A stretch of DNA of 64,000 bases, from positions 118,016-182,015 of the forward strand of contig NZ_VVIP01000067.1 of assembly GCF_009650435.1 (NCBI RefSeq), written 5' to 3'. Of this stretch, positions 49,232 to 59,195 are shown piece by piece. Both the position numbers and the translations under genes were made by a program. The stretch is from Foetidibacter luteolus (GTDB lineage Bacteria > Bacteroidota > Bacteroidia > Chitinophagales > Chitinophagaceae). The notes under the pieces were generated by a model. That model had not been told where the DNA came from. It did no database searches and worked only from the letters and a program-made list of their open reading frames with translations. How positions within the stretch are numbered: the first letter of the stretch is position 1; every line of letters begins with the position of its first letter.

Positions 49232-52132
49232 TTGCCGCTGCGAATTTTTTTTGGACAAACGAAATTACACAACGTGTCAAAAGCCAATTCAAAAGCAGCC
49301 TTATTGTTATACCCGCAAAACCTGTTGCGGGGCAAACCGCCATTGGCCATACTGGAAATAGAGAAGAAGAACAAAACCATTGAGTACTTTGAACGTGATG
49401 CTGACACAGCGGTATTAACTACACTTTTTCCGGCTTTGCCAAGGCCCGCCAAAGAGGCCCTTGCCATGTTGGGCAAAAAAGGGTTCGACAAACTAAAATT
49501 TCAAATAAAAGACCAGTTCAGCAAACTGCAGACAAGCAATGATTATATAGTTTACTATAACAAAACGCTGCAGAGGTTTTTACACGAGGCTTTTGACCAA
49601 CTGAAGCCTTTTGCCAATCTTGTAAAATGGTACAGCAAAATAGAAGTAGGTAAAAAATTCCTGCTCACTCCCTGCAGCTTCAGTTCCTTCAAGCCGCAAC
49701 TTAGCTTTGAAGTGCTTGCCGAAAACGGGCAGGGATTGCACCTTGAAACAAACCTGCTGCTGAACGGCAACAGCTACCGGTTAAGCACGTTTAACCGCAT
49801 ATCTTTCTTACTGGAAGGCAGTAACGAATATTTTATTCCCGGCTTTAAGGATTTTAATACGCTGGAATGGCTGCAGCAAAGCAACCCTGCCCAATATGCA
49901 CACAATGCCGCTGCGTTGGCCAAAAATATATTGGCTGTACTGGAAGCAGATTATACGGTTAAGCGCAACAACCTGTTTGAGCAGAACCAGGTAGCTGCCC
50001 TGCCCACCAGCCGTGTAATGCTCAGCGAGCTGAACAACACTTTTTTAATGCTTACACCGCAATGGGTGTACGATGGTTTTTTGGTGGAAGGGCCGTTTAA
50101 AGAGCAGGAACAGATCATCCGCAATGGCGAGACCTATGCTGTTAAACGCCACAAAGAAACGGAAGACCAACTGCTGCAACTGCTGGTATCCTTATATCCA
50201 ACGTTTGAAAAACAGCGTAACGGGTATTACTATCTTTCCTTCGCGGATGCGCAGAAGAAACAATGGTTTTTAAAAACCTATCACAAACTGCTTGACCTGG
50301 ATATTGAGATTGCAGGCATGGATATGCTGCGGCATTTCAGGTATTCTCCGTTTAAGGTAGAAACCAGCATTAACATAGTGGGTGAAAAGGAAGAAAGCAT
50401 CATGATGGAAATGCAGGTAAGTTTTGGAAAAGAAACTGTGCCGCTGAACGAACTGCAGAAAAACCTGCTGGCCGGCGCCAGGGCCGTGCTGCTTAAAGAT
50501 GATTCCCTGGGCATACTGGATGATGAGTGGCTGCACCGCTACAGCGCACTTGTAAAGCATGGCAAAGTAAACAAGAAAGAAATAGCCGTTCCACGCTGGC
50601 TGGCCATTACAGAACACAAGACCCCGGAAGAGCAACGTGTGCTTACCCAAACCATACAACAGGAGTGGTGGACAAAATGGAGCCGCTGGCAGCACAGCGA
50701 TAAAGAGGTTTACCCGCTGCCGGCAAACGTACAGGCTACCTTAAGGCCTTACCAGCAAAAGGGTTACGAATGGATACGTTTGTTGGCCGAAGCAGGCGCC
50801 GGCGCCTGCCTGGCAGATGATATGGGGTTAGGTAAAACCTTGCAGGCCATCTGCTTTCTTGCACACTATGCGGAGAAACACCCTCAATCAAAAAGTATTG
50901 TTGTTTGCCCGGCTTCGCTTATTTACAACTGGCAGCAGGAAGTGGAGAAGTTTGCACCGGCAGTTAAAGCGGTGGTGTACCATGGCAATGCCCGGTCTAA
51001 GGAAGAATGGCAGCAACCCGGTGTGCAGTTGGTTATTACAACCTACGGTACCATGCGTTCTGATGCTGATTTGCTTTGTGAAACTTTTTACGGCGTAGCC
51101 GTTATTGATGAAAGCCACAACATTAAAAACCCGTCTGCCTTAATAACCCGTGCCGTGGTGCGGCTTAATGCCCATACACGTATTGCCTTAAGCGGTACAC
51201 CGGTAGTAAACAATACTTTTGACCTGTACGCCCAGCTAAGCTTTGTTGCGCCAGGCCTTTTTGGTTCAAGGGAGTTTTTTAAACGGGAATACGCGGACCC
51301 CATTGACAAAAATGCCGATGAGGAAAAAGTGGCTGCTCTTAAAAAACTAACCGACCCGTTTGTTTTGCGCCGCACCAAGCAGCAGGTGGCCAAAGACCTG
51401 CCGGAAAGAACAGAAACCATTCTCTGGTGCGATATGTACCTGAAGCAACGGGAACTGTACAATGAGATTAAAGACCAGGTACGCAACAATGTATTCCTCG
51501 AAATACAAAACAGCGGTTTCTCCAAAAGCAAACTGGCCGTGCTGGATGGCATGCTGAAGCTACGGCAGGTATGCAACTCCCCCCTGTTGCTGAAAGGTTA
51601 TGAACACGATGTAAGATCTTCCATCAAAACAACGGTGCTGATGGAAGAACTGGCCAACATTCTTACCAGCCATAAAGCCCTGGTGTTTTCGCAGTTTAGC
51701 AGTATGCTGGATTTACTTGCCGCCGAATGCCGCAAAACAGGCCTGCCTTTCTATCATTTTGACGGCCAGACACCACCTGCGCAACGGGCGGAAATGGTAA
51801 ATGCTTTCCAGGAGCCGGGCAATACCACCAACCTTTTCCTCATTAGCCTTAAGGCGGGTAATACCGGTCTTACGTTAACCGCAGCCGATTATGTCTTCAT
51901 CTTTGACCCCTGGTGGAATACAGCCGTGCAAGACCAGGCCATTGACCGCACCCACCGCATAGGCCAAACCAAAAACGTGTTTGCGTATAAAATGATTTGC
52001 AAAGACTCCATCGAAGAAAAAATTATCAAGATGCAAAGCAGGAAGAAGAAGCTTTCGGAAGACCTTGTTTCGGCAGAGGAAGGCTTTGTAAAATCCCTTA
52101 CAGAAGAGGATGTGGAATACCTGTTTAGTTAG
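49232..52132 (+). CDS. SNF2-family DEAD/DEAH helicase with a ~450 aa N-terminal SNF2-associated region
   Basis: The ORF-track start is a TTG codon; the first in-frame ATG is about 78 codons downstream. Helicase motifs: LADDMGLGKTLQAI (I), VIDESHNIKN (II/DExH), LSGTPVVN (III), FSQFSSMLD...GNTGLTLTAADYVFIFDPWWNTAVQDQAIDRTHRIGQ (IV-VI). Confidence 0.8.
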   Translation: MPLRIFFGQTKLHNVSKANSKAALLLYPQNLLRGKPPLAILEIEKKNKTIEYFERDADTAVLTTLFPALPRPAKEALAMLGKKGFDKLKFQIKDQFSKLQTSNDYIVYYNKTLQRFLHEAFDQLKPFANLVKWYSKIEVGKKFLLTPCSFSSFKPQLSFEVLAENGQGLHLETNLLLNGNSYRLSTFNRISFLLEGSNEYFIPGFKDFNTLEWLQQSNPAQYAHNAAALAKNILAVLEADYTVKRNNLFEQNQVAALPTSRVMLSELNNTFLMLTPQWVYDGFLVEGPFKEQEQIIRNGETYAVKRHKETEDQLLQLLVSLYPTFEKQRNGYYYLSFADAQKKQWFLKTYHKLLDLDIEIAGMDMLRHFRYSPFKVETSINIVGEKEESIMMEMQVSFGKETVPLNELQKNLLAGARAVLLKDDSLGILDDEWLHRYSALVKHGKVNKKEIAVPRWLAITEHKTPEEQRVLTQTIQQEWWTKWSRWQHSDKEVYPLPANVQATLRPYQQKGYEWIRLLAEAGAGACLADDMGLGKTLQAICFLAHYAEKHPQSKSIVVCPASLIYNWQQEVEKFAPAVKAVVYHGNARSKEEWQQPGVQLVITTYGTMRSDADLLCETFYGVAVIDESHNIKNPSALITRAVVRLNAHTRIALSGTPVVNNTFDLYAQLSFVAPGLFGSREFFKREYADPIDKNADEEKVAALKKLTDPFVLRRTKQQVAKDLPERTETILWCDMYLKQRELYNEIKDQVRNNVFLEIQNSGFSKSKLAVLDGMLKLRQVCNSPLLLKGYEHDVRSSIKTTVLMEELANILTSHKALVFSQFSSMLDLLAAECRKTGLPFYHFDGQTPPAQRAEMVNAFQEPGNTTNLFLISLKAGNTGLTLTAADYVFIFDPWWNTAVQDQAIDRTHRIGQTKNVFAYKMICKDSIEEKIIKMQSRKKKLSEDLVSAEEGFVKSLTEEDVEYLFS

Positions 52133-52648
52133 TTTCAAGATAGCAGGTTGCAGGTTACCGGTTGATGGCCTGTTGACAGGTACAAGGCGGGTAGTATTTT
52201 GAGAGAGCAAAATGCTTACTTCGCTACTTCGGGTATGCTGCCACCATCTGAAAGTATTGCACGCTAAAAACAGGCTATTTCACGTTGAAGGCCTTTTTGA
52301 AGATTGGTCATGAGAAAACAGAGCAGCGCCTGAAATGTAAAAACTCTATCTCTGGTAAAGGATGTGTCAATGTCATTATGTTTGCTATATAATCTTCAAT
52401 GGTGATATATATTGTGTTTGCAATTTTCTCTAATAATGCGGAATTTGTGGTTTTCCTAACCCCTATCTTTATAAAGTGGCAAAAAATATGATTTTTGTCT
52501 TTAGTCAATGACATTGCATTAATGATTGTAATACCAGCAACCTTTTTCATAGCGTCATCGTTGCATCGCAATCCATTCAACGGTTGTAAAAATGGCATCA
52601 GTTGGTTTCAAATTCCAGGCCGCAAACTAAATTAAATGGCTTCTGAAA

Positions 52649-53809
52649 ATGGGTAAAATTAAAACCAATAGAGAATTTGAACAAGTTGCCATTCTGATCG
52701 AAGAAGCCAGGATGAGGGCTTTTCAAAAAGTGAATGAAGAACTGGTGCTGTTATATTTTAAGGTTGGCGGTATTGTTTCCATAAAGGTAGCTGATGGCAT
52801 TTGGGGTGAAAATACAGTTGGTGAATTAGCGGTTTTCGTTCAGAATAAATTCCCCGGCTTTAGTGGATTTACCCGTAGAGGGTTATACCGGATGAAACAA
52901 TTTTACGATACATATTCATCCACCGGATTTGTGACACCACTGGCGACACAATTAGAAGCTTATTTCGCTGGTACCAACGAAAATGCAAAAGTGTCGGCAC
53001 TGCCGACACAAATTCAGGCTTCAAAACCAGGAAGTAAAAAAGTGTCGACAGTGCCGACACAACCCGGACAGTTTAAGGTTCTACAAGACCAGTTAGTATC
53101 ATCCCTGCTCTGTAAAGTAACATGGTCAAATCATCTTGAAATTCTTTCTCAAACCAAATCACCGGAAGAGAAATTCTTTTACCTGCTACACTGTATAAAA
53201 GAAAGATGGTCTATGAGAGATCTAAGAAGGCAATTAGCATCCGGCTATTTTGAAAGAACGATGCTCTCCAACAAGAAAGTGTCGACAGTGTTAACACAAT
53301 TACCACAAGATCTTTTTAAAGACCCTTACATTTTTGAGTTTCTTGATTTACCGGATGGACATTCCGAAACTGACCTTGAAAAAGCATTGACTTTAAATTT
53401 GCAAAAATTTATCCTCGAAATAGGCAAAGGGTTTACCTACATGGGCACTCAATACCGGTTGCAAGTTGGCAACAAAGATTATTATACTGACCTGCTTTTC
53501 TATCACCGAGATTTGCAATGCCTCGTTTTGTTTGAATTGAAAATTCAGGAGTTTGAACCTGAATTTTTAGGTAAGCTAAATTTTTACCTTGAAGCCCTTG
53601 ACAGAGATGTAAAACGGCCATTTGAAAAGAACAGCGTTGGCGTATTGCTTTGCAAGGGAAAAGACACAGAGGTAGTGGAATATGCCATGGCCCGTAACAC
53701 TTCCCCGGCAATGATTGCCGATTATGAAACCAAACTGATACCCAAAAATGTGCTGGCAAAGAAACTGCACCAGTTGGTAGAACAGCTGTCAAAAGAAGAA
53801 ACCGACTAG
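52649..53809 (+). CDS. YhcG/DUF1016-family PD-(D/E)XK nuclease-like protein
   Basis: C-terminal YYTDLLFYHRDLQCLVLFELKIQEFEPEFLGKLNFYLEALD (D...ELK nuclease motif). The N-terminal YhcG_N-like region carries three in-frame copies of KVS(A/T)(L/V)PTQ, each encoded by a palindromic 24-mer. Confidence 0.7.
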   Translation: MGKIKTNREFEQVAILIEEARMRAFQKVNEELVLLYFKVGGIVSIKVADGIWGENTVGELAVFVQNKFPGFSGFTRRGLYRMKQFYDTYSSTGFVTPLATQLEAYFAGTNENAKVSALPTQIQASKPGSKKVSTVPTQPGQFKVLQDQLVSSLLCKVTWSNHLEILSQTKSPEEKFFYLLHCIKERWSMRDLRRQLASGYFERTMLSNKKVSTVLTQLPQDLFKDPYIFEFLDLPDGHSETDLEKALTLNLQKFILEIGKGFTYMGTQYRLQVGNKDYYTDLLFYHRDLQCLVLFELKIQEFEPEFLGKLNFYLEALDRDVKRPFEKNSVGVLLCKGKDTEVVEYAMARNTSPAMIADYETKLIPKNVLAKKLHQLVEQLSKEETD

Positions 53810-54039
53810 TGGACAAAAATACATTACAAACCAGCATATCTGGAAAAAACATACCAGCCCGAAAAATGGCTGGATGTGTTAAAAGAATATAGTCGCGATG
53901 ATGAATATTCATGTTACTGAAGCGACATTGTAGTACTACATAACAGCAAGCTCCACAGAGTAGCTACGCCGCTAATATTAAACAAGCGCACCAGGCTAAT
54001 CCCTAAAATCCGTCAAATCGTGGTTCAGACAATCTACAA

Positions 54040-54135
54040 GGGCTGAAAAGATGCCATGAAATGCCAGACGATGAAGTGATTGCGACGCAACGAAGCTGCC
54101 CATGAAATACCGTAGCTGGTACCATGCAAATGATG
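54040..54135 (+). repeat. F1-related partial repeat
   Basis: GTGATTGCGACGCAACGAAGCTGCCCATGAAATACCGTAGC. Confidence 0.45.
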
Positions 54136-54169
54136 TACGATGTGAGATGTTACATGTACGACGTACGGA

Positions 54170-54206
54170 TAAACAAAAAGCCCGGCGGTTTTTACTCCGC
54201 CGGGCC
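54170..54206 (-). terminator. Rho-independent terminator for the TonB-dependent receptor gene
   Basis: GCCCGGCGG-TTTTTACT-CCGCCGGGC hairpin; on the minus strand it is followed by CTTTTTGTTT. Confidence 0.6.
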
Positions 54207-54228
54207 TGCAATTGCTATGTAAAACTAT

Positions 54229-56601
54229 TTAGAACCTGTAGCTTACGCTAAACCTGGCATTGGTGCCGGGCTCCGCCTGCCAGTAGAAATAGCCGCCCCA
54301 TGTATAAGGGGCGCCTGAATACAGGTATTTGTTAAGGAGATTGTTGAGCACCAGGTTAAACCCAATCTTTTCTTTCTGGTAAGAAAGGCTGCCATCCAAA
54401 CGGAAGTAGTCGGGCAGGCTGTTTTCAGAGTTATCAAAGGAGTACCAGGGGGAACGTTTGGCCTGCACCTGGTAGCCGAGTGAAATACCAAAACCATTTA
54501 AAGCCCCCCTGTCAACACGGTAGTTAATCCAGGCATTCTGCACATGGCGGCTGGAGCCGGCCACCTGGTTGCCAATAACTTTAGGATCGCTGTCTTTGGT
54601 AATTTTTGCTTCGGTAAAAGCATAGTTAACAACCACATCCAGGCCTCTTGCTATCTGGCCGCGAATGTCAACTTCTATGCCTCTTGTCCTTTGTTCGCCG
54701 GTAGGCCTCTGAAACCATCCAATAGTGTCTCCATTAACAACTTTAGCATGTTCGTCATCCTGAGTTAATACATTGTTCCTTGTAATCTGGTAAAAAGATA
54801 TTGCTGAGTTCCATTTGCCGGCCATCCAGTCTTTTTTAAGGCCAAATTCCAGGTTGTTGCCGGTGATGGGGTCAAAGCTTTTACCCTGCCAGTCGCTGCC
54901 ATAGTTCTCCAGGAAAGACTGGTCGAACAATGCATAAAAGGCGGTGTTTTTATCCAGTGAAACGCTAAGGCCCAGGCGGGGCGTGAATTTACTGTTCTTA
55001 TAGTCACCGTTATAAACGTCGCCGCTTTTAAGTGTGGTATAGCGGCCGGCAATGGTAAGGCGTACCCGTTCATCAAACAACCCAATTTCATCCTGCGCAT
55101 AAAAGCCGGTATAGGCATTGTAGTAACGTACACCACGTTCCCGCAGGTCTTTGCTGCGGTCAAATACCGGTGCGGTAGCCAGCCCGTACTTAGGTGCGTA
55201 AACATTAAAGTTAGAGTCGCCCAGTGCGGCGCCCTGGTTCCAGTCGTGGTAGTATTCTTTATTGCTCATGTCCAGCCCACCCAGAATTTTATGCACCACA
55301 TTGCCGGTTTGTACTTTGCCATTCATAAACATCTGGCCAACTTTGGTAGTACCCAGCACATCCCAAATGCTTATGCCACGCTGCATAAAACTGTCGTTAG
55401 CCTGCTGAAACTTTATGGGCCACAGTGAAGCGCCTATTTGCTTGTAATTAAAATAAGCCACCTGTGCGGTAAACTTCCAGTCATTATTCAGCTTATGGTC
55501 AAAAATGGCCAGTATGCTGCGGTCGTTCATGGTAGTGGGGGAAAGATTGGCCTCCGCGGTAGTCATACTTTTAGGCTGGTCTGCATAGCCACGCTTTGAG
55601 AAAAGGTAGTTGGAGCCAATCACATTCACCTCAGAAAACTGGTGTGTGTATTCCAGCGTTACCGAGGTTTTATCATCTACCAGGTATTTTAATACCGGCA
55701 CAATGGAATAACGGTTGTTATAATCAAACTGGCGGTGATAGCCTTTCATCTGGCCCATTACATTAAGCCTGTACAGCAATTTGCCGTCTTTGGAAATTTT
55801 GCCATCCAGGTCGGCAGTGGCCCTGTACAGGTCAAAGCTGCCCATAGAAACACTTACTTCTCCTTTGTTACGGCCGCTCGGTTTTTTGGTAACTACATTG
55901 TAAAAGCCGCTGGGGTCTCCGTTGGAGAGCATAAAGCCGGCGGGCCCTTTTACAAATTCAATGCGCTCAACCATGCTCATGTCCTCGGTAAGCGGCCCCC
56001 AGGTGGTAGATACGTTCATACCGTTTCTAAAAGCGGCTATATTGCTGCCACGCATGGTTATACGGGCGTAATTATCCCAGTGTTCAATTTTTGTGGCGCC
56101 GCTAACATTGCGGGTAACGCCTTCCAGCATATCGAATATCTGCTGGTCGTTAATCAGTTTGGCGGTTACTACCTGTATATTCTGGGGCGCTTCCAGTATA
56201 GGAGTTTGCAGCCTTAACGAACCGGACATGCGGTTGGATTTAAAACTGCTTTTGTTGGCTATTACCACTACCTCATTTAGTTCCTGGTCCGAAAGCTCCA
56301 GCTTAAAATCTACTTTGGCTGTCTGGCCTGCTGTAACAGTTACCTGTTCTTCCACATCCTTATGGCTAACCAGGCTAACCACCAGGGTGTAAGTGCCGGG
56401 CTGTACTTTCTGTATGTTGAAAATGCCGTTATTATCAGCTATAGCAATCCTGTTAAGGCTTTTGATTATAAGGGTTACACCTTCAGCGGGTTTACCGTCT
56501 ACTGTAACTACTTTACCAGCAATGTTACCGGTAGGCGACTGTGCCGAAACAACGGTACACAACAAAAACGCCAACGAAAAAAATACGCAAAGCTTTCTCA
56601 T
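54229..56601 (-). CDS. TonB-dependent receptor (probable siderophore type) with an N-terminal carboxypeptidase-regulatory-like domain
   Basis: Signal peptide; CarbopepD_reg-like GKVVTVDGKPAEGVTLIIK; plug region; 22-strand barrel; terminal RFSVSYRF (C-terminal aromatic). Confidence 0.85.
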   Translation of the reverse strand: MRKLCVFFSLAFLLCTVVSAQSPTGNIAGKVVTVDGKPAEGVTLIIKSLNRIAIADNNGIFNIQKVQPGTYTLVVSLVSHKDVEEQVTVTAGQTAKVDFKLELSDQELNEVVVIANKSSFKSNRMSGSLRLQTPILEAPQNIQVVTAKLINDQQIFDMLEGVTRNVSGATKIEHWDNYARITMRGSNIAAFRNGMNVSTTWGPLTEDMSMVERIEFVKGPAGFMLSNGDPSGFYNVVTKKPSGRNKGEVSVSMGSFDLYRATADLDGKISKDGKLLYRLNVMGQMKGYHRQFDYNNRYSIVPVLKYLVDDKTSVTLEYTHQFSEVNVIGSNYLFSKRGYADQPKSMTTAEANLSPTTMNDRSILAIFDHKLNNDWKFTAQVAYFNYKQIGASLWPIKFQQANDSFMQRGISIWDVLGTTKVGQMFMNGKVQTGNVVHKILGGLDMSNKEYYHDWNQGAALGDSNFNVYAPKYGLATAPVFDRSKDLRERGVRYYNAYTGFYAQDEIGLFDERVRLTIAGRYTTLKSGDVYNGDYKNSKFTPRLGLSVSLDKNTAFYALFDQSFLENYGSDWQGKSFDPITGNNLEFGLKKDWMAGKWNSAISFYQITRNNVLTQDDEHAKVVNGDTIGWFQRPTGEQRTRGIEVDIRGQIARGLDVVVNYAFTEAKITKDSDPKVIGNQVAGSSRHVQNAWINYRVDRGALNGFGISLGYQVQAKRSPWYSFDNSENSLPDYFRLDGSLSYQKEKIGFNLVLNNLLNKYLYSGAPYTWGGYFYWQAEPGTNARFSVSYRF

Positions 56602-56849
56602 GAATTCTTAAGTCTTGATGATAAAAAAATCCTGGTGGGCAACTACTGTCTCTTTGGAGGCTGGGTTAGCTACCAAATGTTCAGAACGGGCCACTTTTAC
56701 CGGGGATTTAACCGGGTGCGAAATTACCATGCCGCAAAACCGGGCATTTACATAATCGGGAAACTGATTTACGGTATGCGGAAAGAGAATAAGGAGGCAG
56801 TATTACCCCCATCCCCTGAAGGAGGCAAGCTTTTGTATGATGAAAGCAT

Positions 56850-56960
56850 TTTTTATAGGCCCGGCCGCAGGAACAAATAGGAGGCTTTGCTTGCGTCGCA
56901 CTCTTGTGCTGTTGGATTCGCTATGCGGCTTTTCCCGCAAGGTAGCTTTTGTTTCTGCCG
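56850..56960 (-). repeat. F1 repeat copy (reverse orientation)
   Basis: GGCCCGGCCGCAGGAACAAATAGGAGGCTTTGCTTGCGTCGCACTCTTGTGCTGTTGGATTCGCTATGCGGCTTTTCCCGC. Confidence 0.7.
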
Positions 56961-57007
56961 CCTTTGGCGGCAGAAACTTTTAGTAAGCACAATATTTTCT
57001 TACTGTG

Positions 57008-58288
57008 TTAATAATCTTCCGGTTTAACCCTTGATGGGGTGTCCTTGCCGCTTACAATGCTGCGGCTGCTGATGGCGATGGCTTTGATGATTTCGGCCAT
57101 ATTGTTCATGTCCAGCGTACCTATTTCATCGCTGGGTTTGTGGTAGTTGGGCTCGTTATCCATTTTAGAGGTGGAAATGGTATGTGCCGGCACGCCCAGT
57201 TTTGCCAGGGTTGCATTGTCTGAGCGGTAGAATAATTGTTCTTCGGTATAAGGGTCAGCATAGAATTTAAAGGATGAGCCTTCCAGGTTCTGTTCCAGAA
57301 TTTTGCCCATGTCTGTTTTATCATAACCGGTCAGGTAGGCGGAGTTCTTGCCCCACTTGCTTTCAGTACCAATCATTTCTATGTTAAACATGGCCATTAC
57401 ATCGGCCGGTTTCAACTGTTTTGAAAAATACTGGGAGCCAAAGCCGCCCATTTCTTCTGCTGTAAATGCCGCGAATACCAGTGTACGTTCATTGTTGTTA
57501 AGCGCTTTAAAGTATTTGGCCAGCATAATAACAGCGGTGGTGCCGGCAGCATCATCGTTGGCGCCGTTGTAAATTGAATCGTTGTTTACGGGCTTGCCAA
57601 TTCCTATATGGTCGTAGTGGCCGGAAAAAACAACCAGTTCACTCTTTTTGCTTTTGCCGGGCAATACGCCTACTACATTAGCCAGTTTAAGCTGGGTAAA
57701 ACTATGCCTGGCAGTTATGCTAAAACGGGATGGCTTTGCGGCAGCCAGTATAAACACCACACTGGTTTGTGTGGGGGACAATTGCTGTTTAAAATAATCA
57801 AGCCGGGCAAAATTTTTACTGAACGATGTATCAACTATCACCACCACTTTTTTGCCTGACTGTACATAGCCATACGCTTTCTGAAAAAGGTTATCGCCTT
57901 TGTTTATTCTGCCGGTGTCAAAACCGGATTTATTGGTTACCGTAAGCAAAGGCTGGGTAGTAATTACCAGTACATTTTTTGCAGAACGTTTTACTAAGCC
58001 GGTACTATAGCTGGTGCTGATAAGCTTCGGCTTCAGGTAGTGAAACCGCTGCATATAACTTTTTAAACCGGTTAACGGCACAAGGCCCGCCGCTTTAAAT
58101 TCGGCAGCGATAAAATCAGCGGCCTTATCCAGTTCCGGGGTAAAAGTAAGCCTGCCTTTCATTTCATCGGAAGAAAGCGTTTTTTCTATGCGTTCCACTT
58201 CCCGGGCATTGATGATGCTGTTGATATCCTGTGCGTATAAAAAAGAGGTTATTGTTGCCAATAACCCCGTAACAATTATTCTTTTCAT
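57008..58288 (-). CDS. M28-family zinc aminopeptidase
   Basis: Signal peptide; Zn-ligand motifs HYDH, NDDAAG, AEEMGG. Confidence 0.8.
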   Translation of the reverse strand: MKRIIVTGLLATITSFLYAQDINSIINAREVERIEKTLSSDEMKGRLTFTPELDKAADFIAAEFKAAGLVPLTGLKSYMQRFHYLKPKLISTSYSTGLVKRSAKNVLVITTQPLLTVTNKSGFDTGRINKGDNLFQKAYGYVQSGKKVVVIVDTSFSKNFARLDYFKQQLSPTQTSVVFILAAAKPSRFSITARHSFTQLKLANVVGVLPGKSKKSELVVFSGHYDHIGIGKPVNNDSIYNGANDDAAGTTAVIMLAKYFKALNNNERTLVFAAFTAEEMGGFGSQYFSKQLKPADVMAMFNIEMIGTESKWGKNSAYLTGYDKTDMGKILEQNLEGSSFKFYADPYTEEQLFYRSDNATLAKLGVPAHTISTSKMDNEPNYHKPSDEIGTLDMNNMAEIIKAIAISSRSIVSGKDTPSRVKPEDY

Positions 58289-58334
58289 TTGAATCTATCT
58301 TGTTGAAATATCTTTAAAATGAACAGGCCACTTA

Positions 58335-58425
58335 ATACCCGCTTAAATGCCGCCATGAAAAACCGGACGATGAAGTGATTGCGACGCAATCCCGAACTTT
58401 CGGGACCACAAGGCACTGTCGCCGG
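58335..58425 (+). repeat. F1-related partial repeat with an internal hairpin
   Basis: GTGATTGCGACGCAATCCCGAACTTTCGGGACCACAAGGC. Confidence 0.45.
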
Positions 58426-58444
58426 TATCAAAAAAAATGCGGGG

Positions 58445-59179
58445 CTAAAAGCTCATCATTTCCTTAAACTTCACGGTTTGCCGGCGGCTTACTTCAATTT
58501 TTTCGCCACCTTTTAGTTCAACCAGCAGGCCGCCGTTAAAGTAAGGTTCTATCTTTTCAATCCAGCGCAGGTTAATGATGTGTTTGCGGTTGGCACGGAA
58601 GAACATGCGGTCATCCAACCTTTCTTCCAGCGCATTCAACGATTTTAGAATAAGGGGTTTGTTGGTACCAAAGAACACTTTGGCATAGTTGCCCACACTT
58701 TCAAACAGGCGTATTTCGCCCAGCTTAACAAACCAGCAGCGTTCTCCGTCCTTTACAAAAACCTGGTCGTTATCGGTAAGCGGGCCGCGGTTGGCCATGC
58801 CGTTAACGCCGGCATTTTCTTTCTGAATTTCAAACTGCACTTTTTGTATGGCGTCGGCCAGTCGGCGCGGTTCTACCGGCTTTAGCAGGTAATCCAACGC
58901 ATTTACTTCAAATGCCTTCAATGCATAATCATCGTAAGCAGTGGTAAACACTACATGCGGGGCCTTTTCCAGCTCAGTCAGCAGGTCGAACCCGGTTTTA
59001 CCGGGCATTTGTATATCCAGGAAAATAAGGTCTGGGTTTTGCGTTTCAATTTTTTCAATACCCTCATCTACATTGCCCGCTTCGTCAATAACTTCAATGT
59101 CTCCAAAGTCCTGCAGTAGTTTTTTTAACTCATTTCTTGCCAAACGTTCGTCATCCACAATAATGGCTTTAATGCTCAT
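58445..59179 (-). CDS. LytTR-family two-component response regulator
   Basis: REC domain IIVDDERLARNEL...LIFLDIQMPGKTGFDLL, then a C-terminal LytTR DNA-binding domain. Confidence 0.85.
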   Translation of the reverse strand: MSIKAIIVDDERLARNELKKLLQDFGDIEVIDEAGNVDEGIEKIETQNPDLIFLDIQMPGKTGFDLLTELEKAPHVVFTTAYDDYALKAFEVNALDYLLKPVEPRRLADAIQKVQFEIQKENAGVNGMANRGPLTDNDQVFVKDGERCWFVKLGEIRLFESVGNYAKVFFGTNKPLILKSLNALEERLDDRMFFRANRKHIINLRWIEKIEPYFNGGLLVELKGGEKIEVSRRQTVKFKEMMSF

Positions 59180-59195
59180 AATTACAACGTTTATA

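Noticed and set aside
52308-52598. Minus-strand 96 aa ORF in the AT-rich spacer between the SNF2 helicase and YhcG
   Set aside because: The translation is low-complexity (MPFLQPLNGLRCNDDAMKKVAGITIINAMSL...) in an AT-rich (~35% GC) stretch. It is more likely non-coding or decayed sequence, although a small foreign gene cannot be excluded.
56362-56880. 172 aa plus-strand ORF overlapping the start of the TonB-dependent receptor gene
   Set aside because: It is largely antisense to the well-supported receptor CDS and has no recognisable motifs.
56602-57007. Possible cobalamin riboswitch upstream of the TonB-dependent receptor gene
   Set aside because: Only a weak GCCACT-like fragment occurs on the wrong strand and there is no GGGAA / GGTG..ATCC core. 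The region is better explained by an F1 repeat copy plus a hairpin (GTTTCTGCCGCCTTTGGCGGCAGAAAC).
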